A program made the translations under genes and the position numbers. A model generated the notes under the pieces. It was given only the letters and a program-made list of their open reading frames with translations. It did not search any database and had not been told where the DNA came from. Source: an uncultured Candidatus Entotheonella sp. (GTDB lineage Bacteria > Tectomicrobia > Entotheonellia > Entotheonellales > Entotheonellaceae). From it: 64,000 nt of DNA. Location of the stretch: positions 480,001-544,000 of the forward strand of contig CBDCDA010000001.1 of the NCBI GenBank assembly GCA_965215335.1, read 5' to 3'. Below are positions 50,078 to 60,564 of this stretch, piece after piece (position 1 is the first letter of the stretch; each line of letters opens with the position of its first letter).

Positions 50078-51388
50078 ATGTCACCGCCTACCGTTGCCAT
50101 CGTTGGACGCCCCAACGTGGGCAAATCCACCCTGTTTAACCGCATCATTGGCCGACACGCCGCCTTGGTGAACAAGGCCGCCGGGGTGACGCGAGACCGC
50201 CATTATGGCCTGGCAGAATGGCTTGGGCGTTCCTTTCGTCTCGTTGATACGGGCGGCATTATGCCTACCGAGACGAACCACCTTTTGGAAGCCGTTCACG
50301 ACCAGACCCTCCTGGCCATCGCCGAGGCCGACGTCGTTCTCTTCGTGCTCGACAGTCGAGAGGAAATCACCGCTGCCGATCAGGATATTGCGCTGCAATT
50401 GCACAAAGTCGGCAAGACTGTTCTACTCGTCGGCAACAAGGCCGAAAGGGCAACTGCAGACGCGGAGCTACTCCCCCTCCATCGCCTGGGTTTCGGTGCT
50501 CCGCATTGGGTGTCCGCCGAGCATGGTCAAGGCTTGGGCGATTTGCTTGACGCGGTCTTAACGGTTCTGCCGCCTGCCTCGGACCATGACGGCGCTTCTC
50601 CAGGCGTGCCGGTTGCCATCGTTGGCAGGCCAAATGTTGGCAAGTCGTCGCTGGTCAACCGCATCTTGCGGGAGGACCGCCTGTTGGTGGATGACGTGCC
50701 TGGCACCACACGAGACGCGATAGATACCCAGGTTCGCATCAATTCACAGTCTTATACCTTGGTTGATACGGCCGGCATGCGCAAGCCACGTCGTATTGGC
50801 GCCGGGCTCGAGAAAGCGACTGTGGCAGTTACCCTGAACCGCATCCAGCATTGCGAAGTAGCCGTTCTGATGCTGGACGCCACGACAGAAGTAGGCGAAC
50901 AGGATGTCCGGATTGCCAGCTACATCGAGCGCCAGGGCAAGGCGTGCGTCATCGTCATCAACAAGTGGGATGCCATCGACAAGACGCCTCAGACATATGA
51001 CGTTTCCGTACGCGCCATTCGTGAGACCGTTCCCTTCATGTCACACGCGCCGGTCGTGACCATCTCGGCCTTGAGCGGCATGCGGACAGCCAAGCTGTTT
51101 CCGCTGATTGATACGGTTGTCGAGGCGTCAAAGCGCCGGATACCAACAGCCAGACTGAACGAATGCTTAAAGGCTGTCACCCGTCAGCATCCGCCAGCGG
51201 CGTATCGCGGGAAATTCGTGAAATTCTCCTTTGCCGTACAAACAGCGAGTCAACCTCCGACCTTTCTGTGTTTCGTAAATCATCCTCAGGGCATCAAAGG
51301 TTATTACCAGCGGTATTTGGAGAATCAACTTCGACAACACTTTGCGTTTGCCGGCACCCCGATTCGCTTGCATCTGAGACACAAATAA
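50078..51388 (+). CDS. der: Ribosome biogenesis GTPase Der
   Basis: Two GRPNVGKS domains (DTGG, DTAG) and KH-like tail GTPI. Confidence 0.96.
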   Translation: MSPPTVAIVGRPNVGKSTLFNRIIGRHAALVNKAAGVTRDRHYGLAEWLGRSFRLVDTGGIMPTETNHLLEAVHDQTLLAIAEADVVLFVLDSREEITAADQDIALQLHKVGKTVLLVGNKAERATADAELLPLHRLGFGAPHWVSAEHGQGLGDLLDAVLTVLPPASDHDGASPGVPVAIVGRPNVGKSSLVNRILREDRLLVDDVPGTTRDAIDTQVRINSQSYTLVDTAGMRKPRRIGAGLEKATVAVTLNRIQHCEVAVLMLDATTEVGEQDVRIASYIERQGKACVIVINKWDAIDKTPQTYDVSVRAIRETVPFMSHAPVVTISALSGMRTAKLFPLIDTVVEASKRRIPTARLNECLKAVTRQHPPAAYRGKFVKFSFAVQTASQPPTFLCFVNHPQGIKGYYQRYLENQLRQHFAFAGTPIRLHLRHK

Positions 51389-51433
51389 GACTCCGGCCGG
51401 CTACCCGTACAAATTTGTGAAGGCCCTGCCAAA

Positions 51434-51462
51434 TTGACAGAACCGGGGGCAGGTGGTAAGGT
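51434..51462 (+). promoter_or_regulatory. Possible sigma70 promoter for the merR-like gene and tRNA-Pro
   Basis: TTGACA-N17-TAAGGT. Confidence 0.45.
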
Positions 51463-51538
51463 CCCTCCCACTTCGAGCAGAACAAGGCAGCCAAATTTTC
51501 GGATCAGGTAACAACAACCGGACGGATTTTGTTTGGCA

Positions 51539-51973
51539 ATGAACCCCTTTTTCAAAATTGGCGAAGTTGCAAGGCTGCTCGGCGTAAAGCCGCATGTGTT
51601 GCGGTATTGGGAATCGGAGTTCCCCTGCTTAAAACCAAAAAAGAATCCCTCCGGGCAACGTCTGTACGCCAAAGCGGACATTGATACGCTCATGGAGATC
51701 AAGACCCTTCTTCACACGGATTGCTATACGATTTCCGGGGCGAGGCAAATGTTGGCCTACCAACGCAGTTCGTCCCACAACGATACCCGCAAGGCAATTT
51801 CTGGAACGCTTCATGAAACGGACAACGGCTTGCCAAATCAGCAGGAGAGGGATGAGCCTGGCAGTCTTGCTGCCGGCATGCCGACGCCCTCAGACCTTGG
51901 AGCAGCACTTGCACTGTTGAAGAAAAACATCCATGAAATGATGGTCTTGTTGCAGAAGAAACATCCCATATGA
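51539..51973 (+). CDS. MerR family transcriptional regulator
   Basis: FKIGEVA..HVLRYWESEF..GQRLY..YTISGA; followed by tRNA-Pro. Confidence 0.9.
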   Translation: MNPFFKIGEVARLLGVKPHVLRYWESEFPCLKPKKNPSGQRLYAKADIDTLMEIKTLLHTDCYTISGARQMLAYQRSSSHNDTRKAISGTLHETDNGLPNQQERDEPGSLAAGMPTPSDLGAALALLKKNIHEMMVLLQKKHPI

Positions 51974-51974
51974 T

Positions 51975-52048
51975 CGGGGCGTGGCGCAGCCTGGTAGCGC
52001 ACTTGCATGGGGTGCAAGGAGTCGGAGGTTCAAATCCTCTCGCCCCGA
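51975..52048 (+). tRNA. tRNA-Pro (GGG)
   Basis: CGGGGCG acceptor; CTTGC-ATGGGGT-GCAAG anticodon arm; GTTCAAATC. Confidence 0.95.
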
Positions 52049-52095
52049 TTCTCTTTGGCATGCAGAGATTCGACAATTTTTTGAAGCACATGAAT

Positions 52096-52169
52096 CGGGG
52101 CGTAGCGCAGCTTGGTAGCGCGCCTGCTTCGGGAGCAGGAGGTCGGAAGTTCAAATCTTCTCGCCCCGA
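52096..52169 (+). tRNA. tRNA-Pro (CGG)
   Basis: CGGGGCG acceptor; CCTGC-TTCGGGA-GCAGG anticodon arm; GTTCAAATC. Confidence 0.95.
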
Positions 52170-52347
52170 TCATGCCTTGGTATTGCACAGAAGGCCTTTC
52201 AGCGCCGTGGTGGTATCGCCACCGCGGTCCCAAAAGAGCATGCCTACCCGGAAATTTTCCTCCTTCTTTCCCCTCAGCTTCGAGAGACCGCTTCGGTTCC
52301 GTTCCGCTAAAGCGCATCGTTGAAATCCAAAAGGGGAGGAGGGGCCC

Positions 52348-52866
52348 GTGCTGAATATATTGCAAGAGAAAATCCGAGTCGTTCCCGACTTTCCCAAAGA
52401 AGGCATTACCTTCAAGGACATCACCCCGCTCTTGGCGAGTCCTGATGCTTTTCACGCCATGATCAATTCATTTGCCGACCGCTACGCCGGCAGAGGCGTT
52501 GCCCAAGTCGTCGGCATCGAAGCCCGTGGATTTATTCTTGCAGCAGCTCTGGCCTATAAGCTTAATGCCGGTCTGACACTGGTACGTAAACCGGACAAAT
52601 TGCCTGTCGAGACACTGAAAGCCTCTTACGAACTCGAGTATGGCGCTGACGCACTGGAAATCCATCGCGATGCAGTGGCGCCGGGTTCGCGCGTCGTGCT
52701 GGTCGATGACGTTCTTGCCACGGGTGGAACCATTTGCGCAGCACTTGACCTGCTCCAAAGACTCCAATGCGAGGTCGTCGAGGTCGCTTTTCTCATTGAA
52801 TTGTGCGCCCTGAACGGTCGCGAACGCCTGCAGAACCATCAGGTCTTTGCGCTCTTGCAAGATTGA
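52348..52866 (+). CDS. apt: Adenine phosphoribosyltransferase
   Basis: PDFPKEGITFKDITP, EARGF, LEYG, VDDVLATGGT. Confidence 0.97.
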   Translation: MLNILQEKIRVVPDFPKEGITFKDITPLLASPDAFHAMINSFADRYAGRGVAQVVGIEARGFILAAALAYKLNAGLTLVRKPDKLPVETLKASYELEYGADALEIHRDAVAPGSRVVLVDDVLATGGTICAALDLLQRLQCEVVEVAFLIELCALNGRERLQNHQVFALLQD

Positions 52867-52892
52867 GATCGACTGATTCGCTGAGACCCACC

Positions 52893-54002
52893 ATGCCGGC
52901 TTCCACATGGTTGCAAGGGCGCGGAACAAACCGGTCTGAGGAAGCCGTCTTACTACGCAACATCCTTAAGAAAGTTTCCCGGTCATTCTACTTGAGCCTG
53001 ACCGTCCTCCCGAGATCCGTTCGGAGGCAAATGGGCCTGGCTTATCTTTTTTGCCGCGCCGCCGACACCATCGCCGACACGTGCATTCTACCGCGTCACG
53101 AACGCTTGCCCATCCTCCATACCTTTCGCGCACAATTCCAGAAAGATTCGCCCTCACGGCTTGCCATCGGCCAACTGCAACAGAGAGTGCAACACCGCCT
53201 GCCACAAGCCTCCGAGGGTGAGCGCCAACTGCTGCTGCGCCTGCATGACTGCTTCCGGATATACAGCCGTTTGTCCTCTGATGACCAGCGCCTCGTAAAG
53301 AATCTCGTATTGACCCTGACGCGAGGTATGGAGATGGATCTGACCTGTTTTCCGGGAGACACGCCCGCAGACCTGCGCGCCCTGCCGGATGTGGCTTCAC
53401 TTGAACGATATACCTATTACGTGGCCGGGGTCGTGGGCGAATTCTGGACGCTGCTTTGCAGCGCCAACCTGCGTGTCTTCCGGAATCACCGTAACTGTCA
53501 ACAACTCGTCACTTTGGGCATGTACTTCGGTCACGGACTACAGCTGACGAATATCCTTAGAGACGTAGGGAAGGACTTGCAAGGTGGCCGCTGCTATCTC
53601 CCTGAAGACGAACTGCGCCGGCTCAGCTTGCAAGCGCATGACCTGCTTGATCCAACGTCGCTGTCTCAGGTTCGGCCTTTGATTTTCAGCTTGATTGAAC
53701 GCACCTTGGAACACCTGGATCGCGCCAGTTGTTATGTTCGGCAGCTGCCACGCAGGGCGCTGCGGGTTCGACTGAGCTGCATGTGGCCATTGTTATTCGC
53801 GGTCCAAACGCTAGAAGAGGTCTGCCGGTCAGAGAGCTTGCTGTCCCCTCAGGAAAGGGTAAAGATCTCTCGTCAGGCCGTCTGTCGCACCATACTGCGT
53901 TCACTCTGGTGCCTGGCATTTCCTTTCAGTTTTTCACGTTACTACGCGAGCCAGCGTGACCGCCTCACACATGCTTTGTCTCAACGGGCTCCGCAAGATT
54001 GA
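52893..54002 (+). CDS. Squalene/phytoene synthase family protein
   Basis: SRSF, YLFCRAADTIAD, YYVAGVVG, LQLTNILRD..D...GRCYLP. Confidence 0.88.
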   Translation: MPASTWLQGRGTNRSEEAVLLRNILKKVSRSFYLSLTVLPRSVRRQMGLAYLFCRAADTIADTCILPRHERLPILHTFRAQFQKDSPSRLAIGQLQQRVQHRLPQASEGERQLLLRLHDCFRIYSRLSSDDQRLVKNLVLTLTRGMEMDLTCFPGDTPADLRALPDVASLERYTYYVAGVVGEFWTLLCSANLRVFRNHRNCQQLVTLGMYFGHGLQLTNILRDVGKDLQGGRCYLPEDELRRLSLQAHDLLDPTSLSQVRPLIFSLIERTLEHLDRASCYVRQLPRRALRVRLSCMWPLLFAVQTLEEVCRSESLLSPQERVKISRQAVCRTILRSLWCLAFPFSFSRYYASQRDRLTHALSQRAPQD

Positions 54003-54087
54003 CCGTACGCCATACGATGATAGAATAAGCGGCCTTGCTCCACAGGAAACCGGTCCGATTCCCTGAATGCGGGAAGACAAGAAGCCT

Positions 54088-54161
54088 GCCTTCGTAGCTC
54101 AGCAGGATAGAGCAGCGGATTCCTAATCCGCAGGTCGCAGGTTCGAGTCCTGCCGGGGGCA
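54088..54161 (+). tRNA. tRNA-Arg (CCT)
   Basis: GCGGA-TTCCTAA-TCCGC anticodon arm; GTTCGAGTC; TTGACC-N16-TAGAAT upstream. Confidence 0.93.
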
Positions 54162-54267
54162 TTCATCAGGTACAGAAATCGCATGGGTGGGTCGAGACAC
54201 AAGTCCAATTCGGGGTCGTTTCGCAACTGGTTAGGACAGTCATTTTGGAACATGGAAGGGGAGAACA

Positions 54268-56292
54268 GTGGCTGAGAATAACGCGCAGAAAATCCGCAAT
54301 GTGGCTCTTGTGGGGCACTCAGGCAACGGAAAGACCGTGTTGAGTGAAGCCATGCTTCTGAAGGGTGGGGAAATTAACCGTCTTGGCAGGATAAACGACG
54401 GAACGACTGCAAGTGACTTCGATATAGACGAGAAAGAAGGCCAGAAATCCGTCTATTCCGCCGTGCTTCACACCACCTGGAAAGGTCGAGACGTCAATAT
54501 CATTGACACCCCCGGAGCGGCCGACTTCGTCGGCGAGGTGTACGGTGCTCTTTCGGTCGTGGAACTTGCCGTCATCACGGTCAACGCCGCATCGGGCATC
54601 GAAGTCGGCACCCGAAAAGCCTGGGACCTGGCGCAGCAACAAGGCTGCGCGTGCATGTTTGTGATCACGCGAATGGATGCCGACAACGCTCAATTTGACG
54701 ATGTGGTAGCGTCCCTGCAGGAAAATTTCGGGTCGGCCTGTACACCCTTGATGCTTCCTGTTGGCAGTGGCAGTTCCTTCTCGGGGGTCGTCAATCTACT
54801 CCATCCCGGTGACAGTCCTGCCAACGTGACCGAGACCGTCGAAGAACAACGGGGCGTACTTATGGAATCGGTAATCTCCGGCGACGACGCCCTGCTGGAA
54901 CGTTATCTTGAAGGTGAAACCATCCCTCAAGAGGAATTGGAGCGCGTATTTGTCCAGGTCCTGGTTGATCGGTCGATTGTTCCCATTCTTTGCTGCGCCG
55001 CCGAGGCGGATCAAGGAATTACCGAAATCATGGACTTTGTTGCCGGTTATGCGCCATCTCCAGATTACGCGACGAAAGAAGTCGTGGGTGACAACGCGGC
55101 GGACGCACATGATATTGATCTCGGAGGTCCCCTTGAGGCGCAGGTTTTCAAGATCATATCCGATGAATTTGTGGGCAAAGTCAGCTTTTTCCGCGTCTAT
55201 TCGGGTCTCGTGCGCGCCGGTGACACCGTCATTTTGGCCCATTCAGGCAAGTCGGTCAAAATCCCCAAGATCTTTCGCCCTCAGGGAAAAGACCAGCGGG
55301 AAGTGAACGAGGCAGCTCCCGGAGCTATCGTCGCCACCGCAAAAGTCGAGGAGTTTCGAGTCGGCGATACCTTGGTGGCGAGCAAAGACCAGAAGCCTTT
55401 TGTTGTACCTCGTTATCCGATACCCATGGTTTCGCGGGCCGTCGAACCCAAGAGTCGCGGCGACGAGGCAAAGATTTCCGAAAGTTTGCGGCGCCTTGCC
55501 GAGGCCGACCCAACCTTTCAAGTGGAAATGAATTCCCAAACCAAGGAACTCGTCATCTCGGGAATCGGTGAACAGCATATCGGCTTGATGTTGAATCGCT
55601 TGCACCGGCGCGGGGTGGAAGTGACGACGAAGCTTCCGAAAATTGCTTATCGCGAAACGATAAGCAGTAAAGCCGACATTCGCTATCGCCATAAGAAACA
55701 GACGGGCGGTGCCGGGCAATTCGCCGAGTGTGCAATCCGTGTCGAACCTACCGCTCGCGGAACCGGATACGAGTTTGTCGACAAGATCTTTGGCGGCGTT
55801 ATCAGCCAACCGTTCCGGCAGAGCGTTGACAAAGGTATCCAGGACAAGATGGCGGAAGGCGTGCTGACGGATTATCCCGTCGTGGATATCAAGGTCGAAC
55901 TCTATGATGGCAAAGAGCACCCCGTGGACAGTAAGGACATCGCGTTTCAGATTGCCGGGCGCGAGGCGCTCAAGGAAGCCGTTCAGCAAGCCACACCTGT
56001 TTTGCTGGAACCCGTTATCAAACTTGAGGTCACGGTACCATCCAAGTATATGGGCGACATTACCGGCGACATCAGCAGCCGACGCGGTCGGGTAATCGGC
56101 ATTGATAGCGTCGGCAACCTGCAGGTTGTTCGGTCGGAGGTGCCCTTGGCCGAAGTGCAGCAGTACAGCGCTTTTCTACAGTCGGTAACGGGAGGGGAGG
56201 GCTCATACGCCATCAAATTTCTGCGTTACGAAGTTCTCCCCCAGCACTTGATGCAAGCGGTTGTCGCAAGCGCAAAAACTGTGGAGTCGTAA
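54268..56292 (+). CDS. fusA: Elongation factor G paralog (EF-G2-like)
   Basis: GHSGNGKT, IDTPG, YRETI, HKKQTGGAGQF, HPVDS; degenerate switch I and G4. Confidence 0.88.
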   Translation: MAENNAQKIRNVALVGHSGNGKTVLSEAMLLKGGEINRLGRINDGTTASDFDIDEKEGQKSVYSAVLHTTWKGRDVNIIDTPGAADFVGEVYGALSVVELAVITVNAASGIEVGTRKAWDLAQQQGCACMFVITRMDADNAQFDDVVASLQENFGSACTPLMLPVGSGSSFSGVVNLLHPGDSPANVTETVEEQRGVLMESVISGDDALLERYLEGETIPQEELERVFVQVLVDRSIVPILCCAAEADQGITEIMDFVAGYAPSPDYATKEVVGDNAADAHDIDLGGPLEAQVFKIISDEFVGKVSFFRVYSGLVRAGDTVILAHSGKSVKIPKIFRPQGKDQREVNEAAPGAIVATAKVEEFRVGDTLVASKDQKPFVVPRYPIPMVSRAVEPKSRGDEAKISESLRRLAEADPTFQVEMNSQTKELVISGIGEQHIGLMLNRLHRRGVEVTTKLPKIAYRETISSKADIRYRHKKQTGGAGQFAECAIRVEPTARGTGYEFVDKIFGGVISQPFRQSVDKGIQDKMAEGVLTDYPVVDIKVELYDGKEHPVDSKDIAFQIAGREALKEAVQQATPVLLEPVIKLEVTVPSKYMGDITGDISSRRGRVIGIDSVGNLQVVRSEVPLAEVQQYSAFLQSVTGGEGSYAIKFLRYEVLPQHLMQAVVASAKTVES

Positions 56293-56354
56293 TTGCCGAG
56301 CGGCTTTTGCCGAATTTGAGCAGATGCAGACCCGTTGAATGAAAGGCCCTTGTC

Positions 56355-57077
56355 GTGCCAAGGCAGCGTATAACACGCAAGGAATTATTACGCCAACCAG
56401 ACCAATTCATCACGCGCAGCGCACGGATGATCGAGTGGGCGGAAGCGAATGCATCGTCCATCCTTTACGGTGTCGGGGCTGTCATCCTTGTCGGGGCTCT
56501 GGCCGGGGGATGGTTTGTGTGGCAGGCAAAGCGCTATCATCGGGCCGAGGCGCTACTGTACGAAGCCGTCAATGCAGGCAACGACGGCAATACCTTGCAG
56601 GATGCTTCTCGGGACAATCAAATGGTGGGCGCCTTACAGGCTCTCGTGCGCGACCATGACCGCACGCCCGCCGCGGCTCAGGCTTATTGGCATCTCGGAC
56701 GCCTCTATTTTGCCCGTGCCGATTACGTGGCCGCGCTGGAGGCATACGAGCAGGCCCGACGCCGCTTGTCCGGCGGCAATCAGTCCGTCTTGATGCAAAC
56801 CTTGATAGCGCTGAATATGGCCTACGCTGAAGAAGCGCAAGGTGCCTGCGCCCGGGCTTTAGAGAATTTTGAGGCCGTGGTGCAGGCACCGACGGCGACG
56901 TGGCTACGAGGCGAGGCGTACTTGGGAATGGGTCGCTGCCACGAGGAATCCGGCGCTCCAGGGATGGCAGCCGAAGTTTACAACCGTGCGTTGTCCGATG
57001 CCGAGGTAAACGAATCCACACGCCAGATTCTGGAAGAACGCCTTGCAAATGTCGAACATGCCGGGATGCCCAACTGA
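56355..57077 (+). CDS. Membrane-anchored TPR protein (YfgM-like)
   Basis: RITRKELLRQPDQF, single TM, TPR-like helices. Confidence 0.75.
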   Translation: MPRQRITRKELLRQPDQFITRSARMIEWAEANASSILYGVGAVILVGALAGGWFVWQAKRYHRAEALLYEAVNAGNDGNTLQDASRDNQMVGALQALVRDHDRTPAAAQAYWHLGRLYFARADYVAALEAYEQARRRLSGGNQSVLMQTLIALNMAYAEEAQGACARALENFEAVVQAPTATWLRGEAYLGMGRCHEESGAPGMAAEVYNRALSDAEVNESTRQILEERLANVEHAGMPN

Positions 57078-57084
57078 ATCTGGA

Positions 57085-57112
57085 ACTTCTGATAAGTTAT
57101 ATTATGTAAACT
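57085..57112 (+). other. dif-like XerC/XerD recombination site
   Basis: ACTTCTGATAA-GTTATA-TTATGTAAACT, an 11-6-11 layout in an intergenic convergence. Confidence 0.75.
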
Positions 57113-57124
57113 TTCGTATAAGAG

Positions 57125-57152
57125 AGAGTCTGTTCCATTAGGAACAGACTCT
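57125..57152. terminator. Perfect 12-bp hairpin between convergent genes
   Basis: AGAGTCTGTTCC-ATTA-GGAACAGACTCT; no U-tract. Confidence 0.4.
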
Positions 57153-57174
57153 AAGGATCCCTTGGGGCCAGGAA

Positions 57175-59298
57175 TCAGCCGATTCCGGCCGCTTCCTGAT
57201 CTCGGATGGCTTCTTTATGGCTGAGCTTGATGCGGCCGTTTCGGTTGTCCACCTCCAGCACCTTCACTATAATGCGATCCCCTTCCTGCACTTCGTCGCT
57301 CACCTTGTTCACCCGCTTCTCCGAGATCTGCGAGATGTGCAGCAGGCCGTCAGTACCGGGGAAAATTTCCACGAAAGCGCCGAAATCCATGATCTTCCTG
57401 ACAGTCCCCATATAGATCTGGCCGACCTCGGCCTCCTTGGTCAATTCCCGGACCATCTGGACCGCCTCCTGGGAGGCCATTTCGTTGGCCGACGCTATCA
57501 GAACAGTTCCATCGTCTTCAATGTCGATGGTTACGCCGGTCGCTTCAATGATGCCGCGTATCGTCTTGCCACCCGGTCCAATGACCTCGCGCACTTTGTC
57601 CTTGTTAATCTTCAAGGTGACAATTCGCGGCGCATAAGCCGAGGTTTCAACTCGCGGCCCATCCAAGATGCCCTGCATCTCTCGCAATATATGCACTCGG
57701 CCTTGCCGCGCCTGTTCCAAAGCCTGAGCCATGATCTCGCGGGACACGCCTGTGATTTTGATATCCATCTGGATAGCCGTGATACCCTGCGCCGTTCCGG
57801 CAACCTTGAAATCCATATCGCCCAGATGATCCTCTACCCCGAGGATGTCCGACAAGACCGCTATCCCCTCCCCTTCCGCGATGAGTCCCATCGCAATGCC
57901 GGCAACCGGCGCCTTGATGGGGACCCCCGCATCCATGAGGGCAAGCACACTGCCGCATACCGTCGCCATGGAGGATGAGCCATTGGACTCCATAATGTCC
58001 GAAACCACCCGCAACGTGTATGGAAAGGTTTCATGGGGCGGAATGACGGGCCGTATGGCGCGTTCCGCCAACGCCCCATGACCGATTTCGCGCCGCCCGG
58101 GGCCGCGCAAGGGTCGCACCTCACCGACACTGTAGGCTGGGAAATTGTAGTGGAGCATGAAGCGCTTCGAGGTCTTGCCCCCCAGGTCGTCCATGATCTG
58201 CTCATCGCTTTGTGTCCCCAATGTCGCGACCACGAGGGCTTGCGTTTCGCCACGGGTAAATAACGCCGAACCGTGCGTGCGCGGCAGCATGGAGACACGG
58301 CCACCGATCGGCCGAATATCGACAAGGCCGCGTCCATCGGCACGCCGGCCCTCTTCGAGAATCTGCCGACGCATCTCCACACTTTCCATGTCATGCAAAA
58401 AGGCCCTGATCGTCTTGGCACTTGGCGCTGTATCCGACGCCTCCGAATCCTCATCCTCGAACGCTTTCGCTACGTCCTGTTCAAGCGTCGCCACCGCTTC
58501 CTGGCGCTCCAGTTTCCCCGAAAGCGCCAAGGCGGCCTTGAGCCGCTCATGAGCCATTGCATGGACATTTTGCCGCAACATCTCATCGACGACCGGAGGG
58601 ACAACCAGCAGCTTGGCCTTGCCCACCTGCCGTTGCAATTGAAGCTGCAAATCAATACAGGCCTGCAAGGCTTGGTGAGCCGTCTCCAAAGCAGACAAGA
58701 CGATGTCCTCGGGAAGTTCCAGCGCCCCGCCTTCCACCATGACAATGGCTTCCTGGCTTCCGGCTACAACCATATTCAATTGACCACGTTCCAGCTCTTC
58801 GTTGGTTGGATTGATGACGATCCGATGATCCGTGTACCCTGCGCGCACTGCCCCAACAGGTCCCAGGAACGGGATATCGGAAACGGTCAGTGCGGCCGAA
58901 GCAGCGATGAGAGCCACGATGTCCGGGTCATTCTCGTTATCCACAGAAAGTACGGTACAGAGAATCTGCGTTTCCTTGTTGTAACCACTAGGAAAAAGCG
59001 GCCGCAACGGACGGTCGATGATACGCGAGGTTAAAGTCTCCTTCTCCCCTGGCCGCCCTTCCCGCTTGAAAAAACCGCCAGGAATTTTCCCCGCCGCGTA
59101 AGTCCTTTCACGATAATCAACAGTCAGTGGAAAGAAATCTACCTCGCCGCGGTCATCCGTGGCGGCGGTAACGGCAGCCAATACGACCGTATCGCCATAC
59201 CTCACCAGGGCGGAGCCGTTTGCCTGCTTGGCGATTTCGCCTGTTTCGATAGTCAAGGTGCGGCCGTTAATTACGCAACTTGCTGTTTGGTGATCCAA
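57175..59298 (-). CDS. pnp: Polyribonucleotide nucleotidyltransferase
   Basis: [30 protein letters not shown] and S1 domains. TTG start chosen from the RBS. Confidence 0.97.
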   Translation of the reverse strand: MDHQTASCVINGRTLTIETGEIAKQANGSALVRYGDTVVLAAVTAATDDRGEVDFFPLTVDYRERTYAAGKIPGGFFKREGRPGEKETLTSRIIDRPLRPLFPSGYNKETQILCTVLSVDNENDPDIVALIAASAALTVSDIPFLGPVGAVRAGYTDHRIVINPTNEELERGQLNMVVAGSQEAIVMVEGGALELPEDIVLSALETAHQALQACIDLQLQLQRQVGKAKLLVVPPVVDEMLRQNVHAMAHERLKAALALSGKLERQEAVATLEQDVAKAFEDEDSEASDTAPSAKTIRAFLHDMESVEMRRQILEEGRRADGRGLVDIRPIGGRVSMLPRTHGSALFTRGETQALVVATLGTQSDEQIMDDLGGKTSKRFMLHYNFPAYSVGEVRPLRGPGRREIGHGALAERAIRPVIPPHETFPYTLRVVSDIMESNGSSSMATVCGSVLALMDAGVPIKAPVAGIAMGLIAEGEGIAVLSDILGVEDHLGDMDFKVAGTAQGITAIQMDIKITGVSREIMAQALEQARQGRVHILREMQGILDGPRVETSAYAPRIVTLKINKDKVREVIGPGGKTIRGIIEATGVTIDIEDDGTVLIASANEMASQEAVQMVRELTKEAEVGQIYMGTVRKIMDFGAFVEIFPGTDGLLHISQISEKRVNKVSDEVQEGDRIIVKVLEVDNRNGRIKLSHKEAIRDQEAAGIG

Positions 59299-59355
59299 TG
59301 TTGTTCCCCCAATCGAACTCATATCGATAGCCTGGCCGGATGATCTCAAAAGGCC

Positions 59356-59625
59356 CTAGCGCCGGATCCCCAAACGGGTGATCACGTCCTGATAACGGGT
59401 AAAATCGTGCTTCTTGACATAATCCAGCAAACGACGACGGCGTCCCACGAGTTTACGCAAGCCGCGTCTGGAATGATGATCTTTCTTGTGTGTCCTGAAA
59501 TGCTCGGTCAGATACGTGATACGTGCACTTAAGATGGCGATCTGCACCTCCGACGAACCAGTGTCTGTCCGGTGCATGCGAAAATCACTGATGACCGCCT
59601 CTTTTTCCTCTTTCAACAAAGACAT
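59356..59625 (-). CDS. rpsO: 30S ribosomal protein S15
   Basis: [21 protein letters not shown]. Confidence 0.98.
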   Translation of the reverse strand: MSLLKEEKEAVISDFRMHRTDTGSSEVQIAILSARITYLTEHFRTHKKDHHSRRGLRKLVGRRRRLLDYVKKHDFTRYQDVITRLGIRR

Positions 59626-59658
59626 GACGCTTCCTTTCAGGTTGCGAACACAACCATT

Positions 59659-60564
59659 TCATGGAATCAGGAGCTTCCATTTGGCCGGGTCACTTGTTCG
59701 GCGTTGTATTACCGCTACAGTGTTATCGGGTGAAGTACACAGTCGGTAATATGGAGAGAATGACGGCCAGGGACACGCTTCGCGCAGAATAGCAGGCAGA
59801 GCTGCACGATGTTGTTTTCGCAAGCCGCAGTATTGTTGCGCAGTAAGCGACAGAGAAGGAAGAAACGCCACCGCCCGGGCAGTTGGAATGACAAAGGAGT
59901 TCAGAACCTGCTCCCGCACGTGCCACCCTGGAACAGCAAGCGGATAGGCGTCCCGCAACGTGTAAGAGCCCACCCGGCAGCGTTGCAAGTGAGTCACATG
60001 TGCGCCATAACCCAAGGCCAAACCGATATCTTCACCCAACGTGCGGACATAGGTTCCTTTGGAACACGTAACGGCAAGCGTCACTCTCGTTCCCCGCACC
60101 TCCAGCAGCTGCAATCGCCGCACAAAGATGTCACGCGCCGGCCTGTCAACGGTATACCCCTGTCGGGCTAGACGATAGAGACGCTCCCCACCGTGCTTGA
60201 GAGCAGAGTACATGGGTGGCGTCTGCTTGAGGCGACCTGTGAACTGCGACAGTACCGATTCGACGTGCCTGCGCGAAAGCGCCGCAGGCACGGTACGGAC
60301 ACGCACGACCCTGCCTGCGGCGTCCTGCGTGTCCGTGCAGACACCCAACTGCAAGACTACCCAATACGTTTTTTCCAGCGCTTCAAAAACCTTGGCGAAC
60401 TTTGTCGCCCGGCCAAGGCACAAAAGGAGTACACCATTGGCAGCCGGGTCCAGCGTTCCCGTGTGTCCCACGGCGCGGATATCCGACATCCGCCGCACGA
60501 TGTCCACGGCGTCATGCGACGTCATGCCTCGGGGTTTATCAACACTGAGGATGCCGTCAGGCAT
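59659..60564 (-). CDS. truB: tRNA pseudouridine(55) synthase
   Basis: DKPRGMTSHD, GHTGTLDP, PPMYSA, CSKGTYVR. Confidence 0.95.
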   Translation of the reverse strand: MPDGILSVDKPRGMTSHDAVDIVRRMSDIRAVGHTGTLDPAANGVLLLCLGRATKFAKVFEALEKTYWVVLQLGVCTDTQDAAGRVVRVRTVPAALSRRHVESVLSQFTGRLKQTPPMYSALKHGGERLYRLARQGYTVDRPARDIFVRRLQLLEVRGTRVTLAVTCSKGTYVRTLGEDIGLALGYGAHVTHLQRCRVGSYTLRDAYPLAVPGWHVREQVLNSFVIPTARAVAFLPSLSLTAQQYCGLRKQHRAALPAILREACPWPSFSPYYRLCTSPDNTVAVIQRRTSDPAKWKLLIP

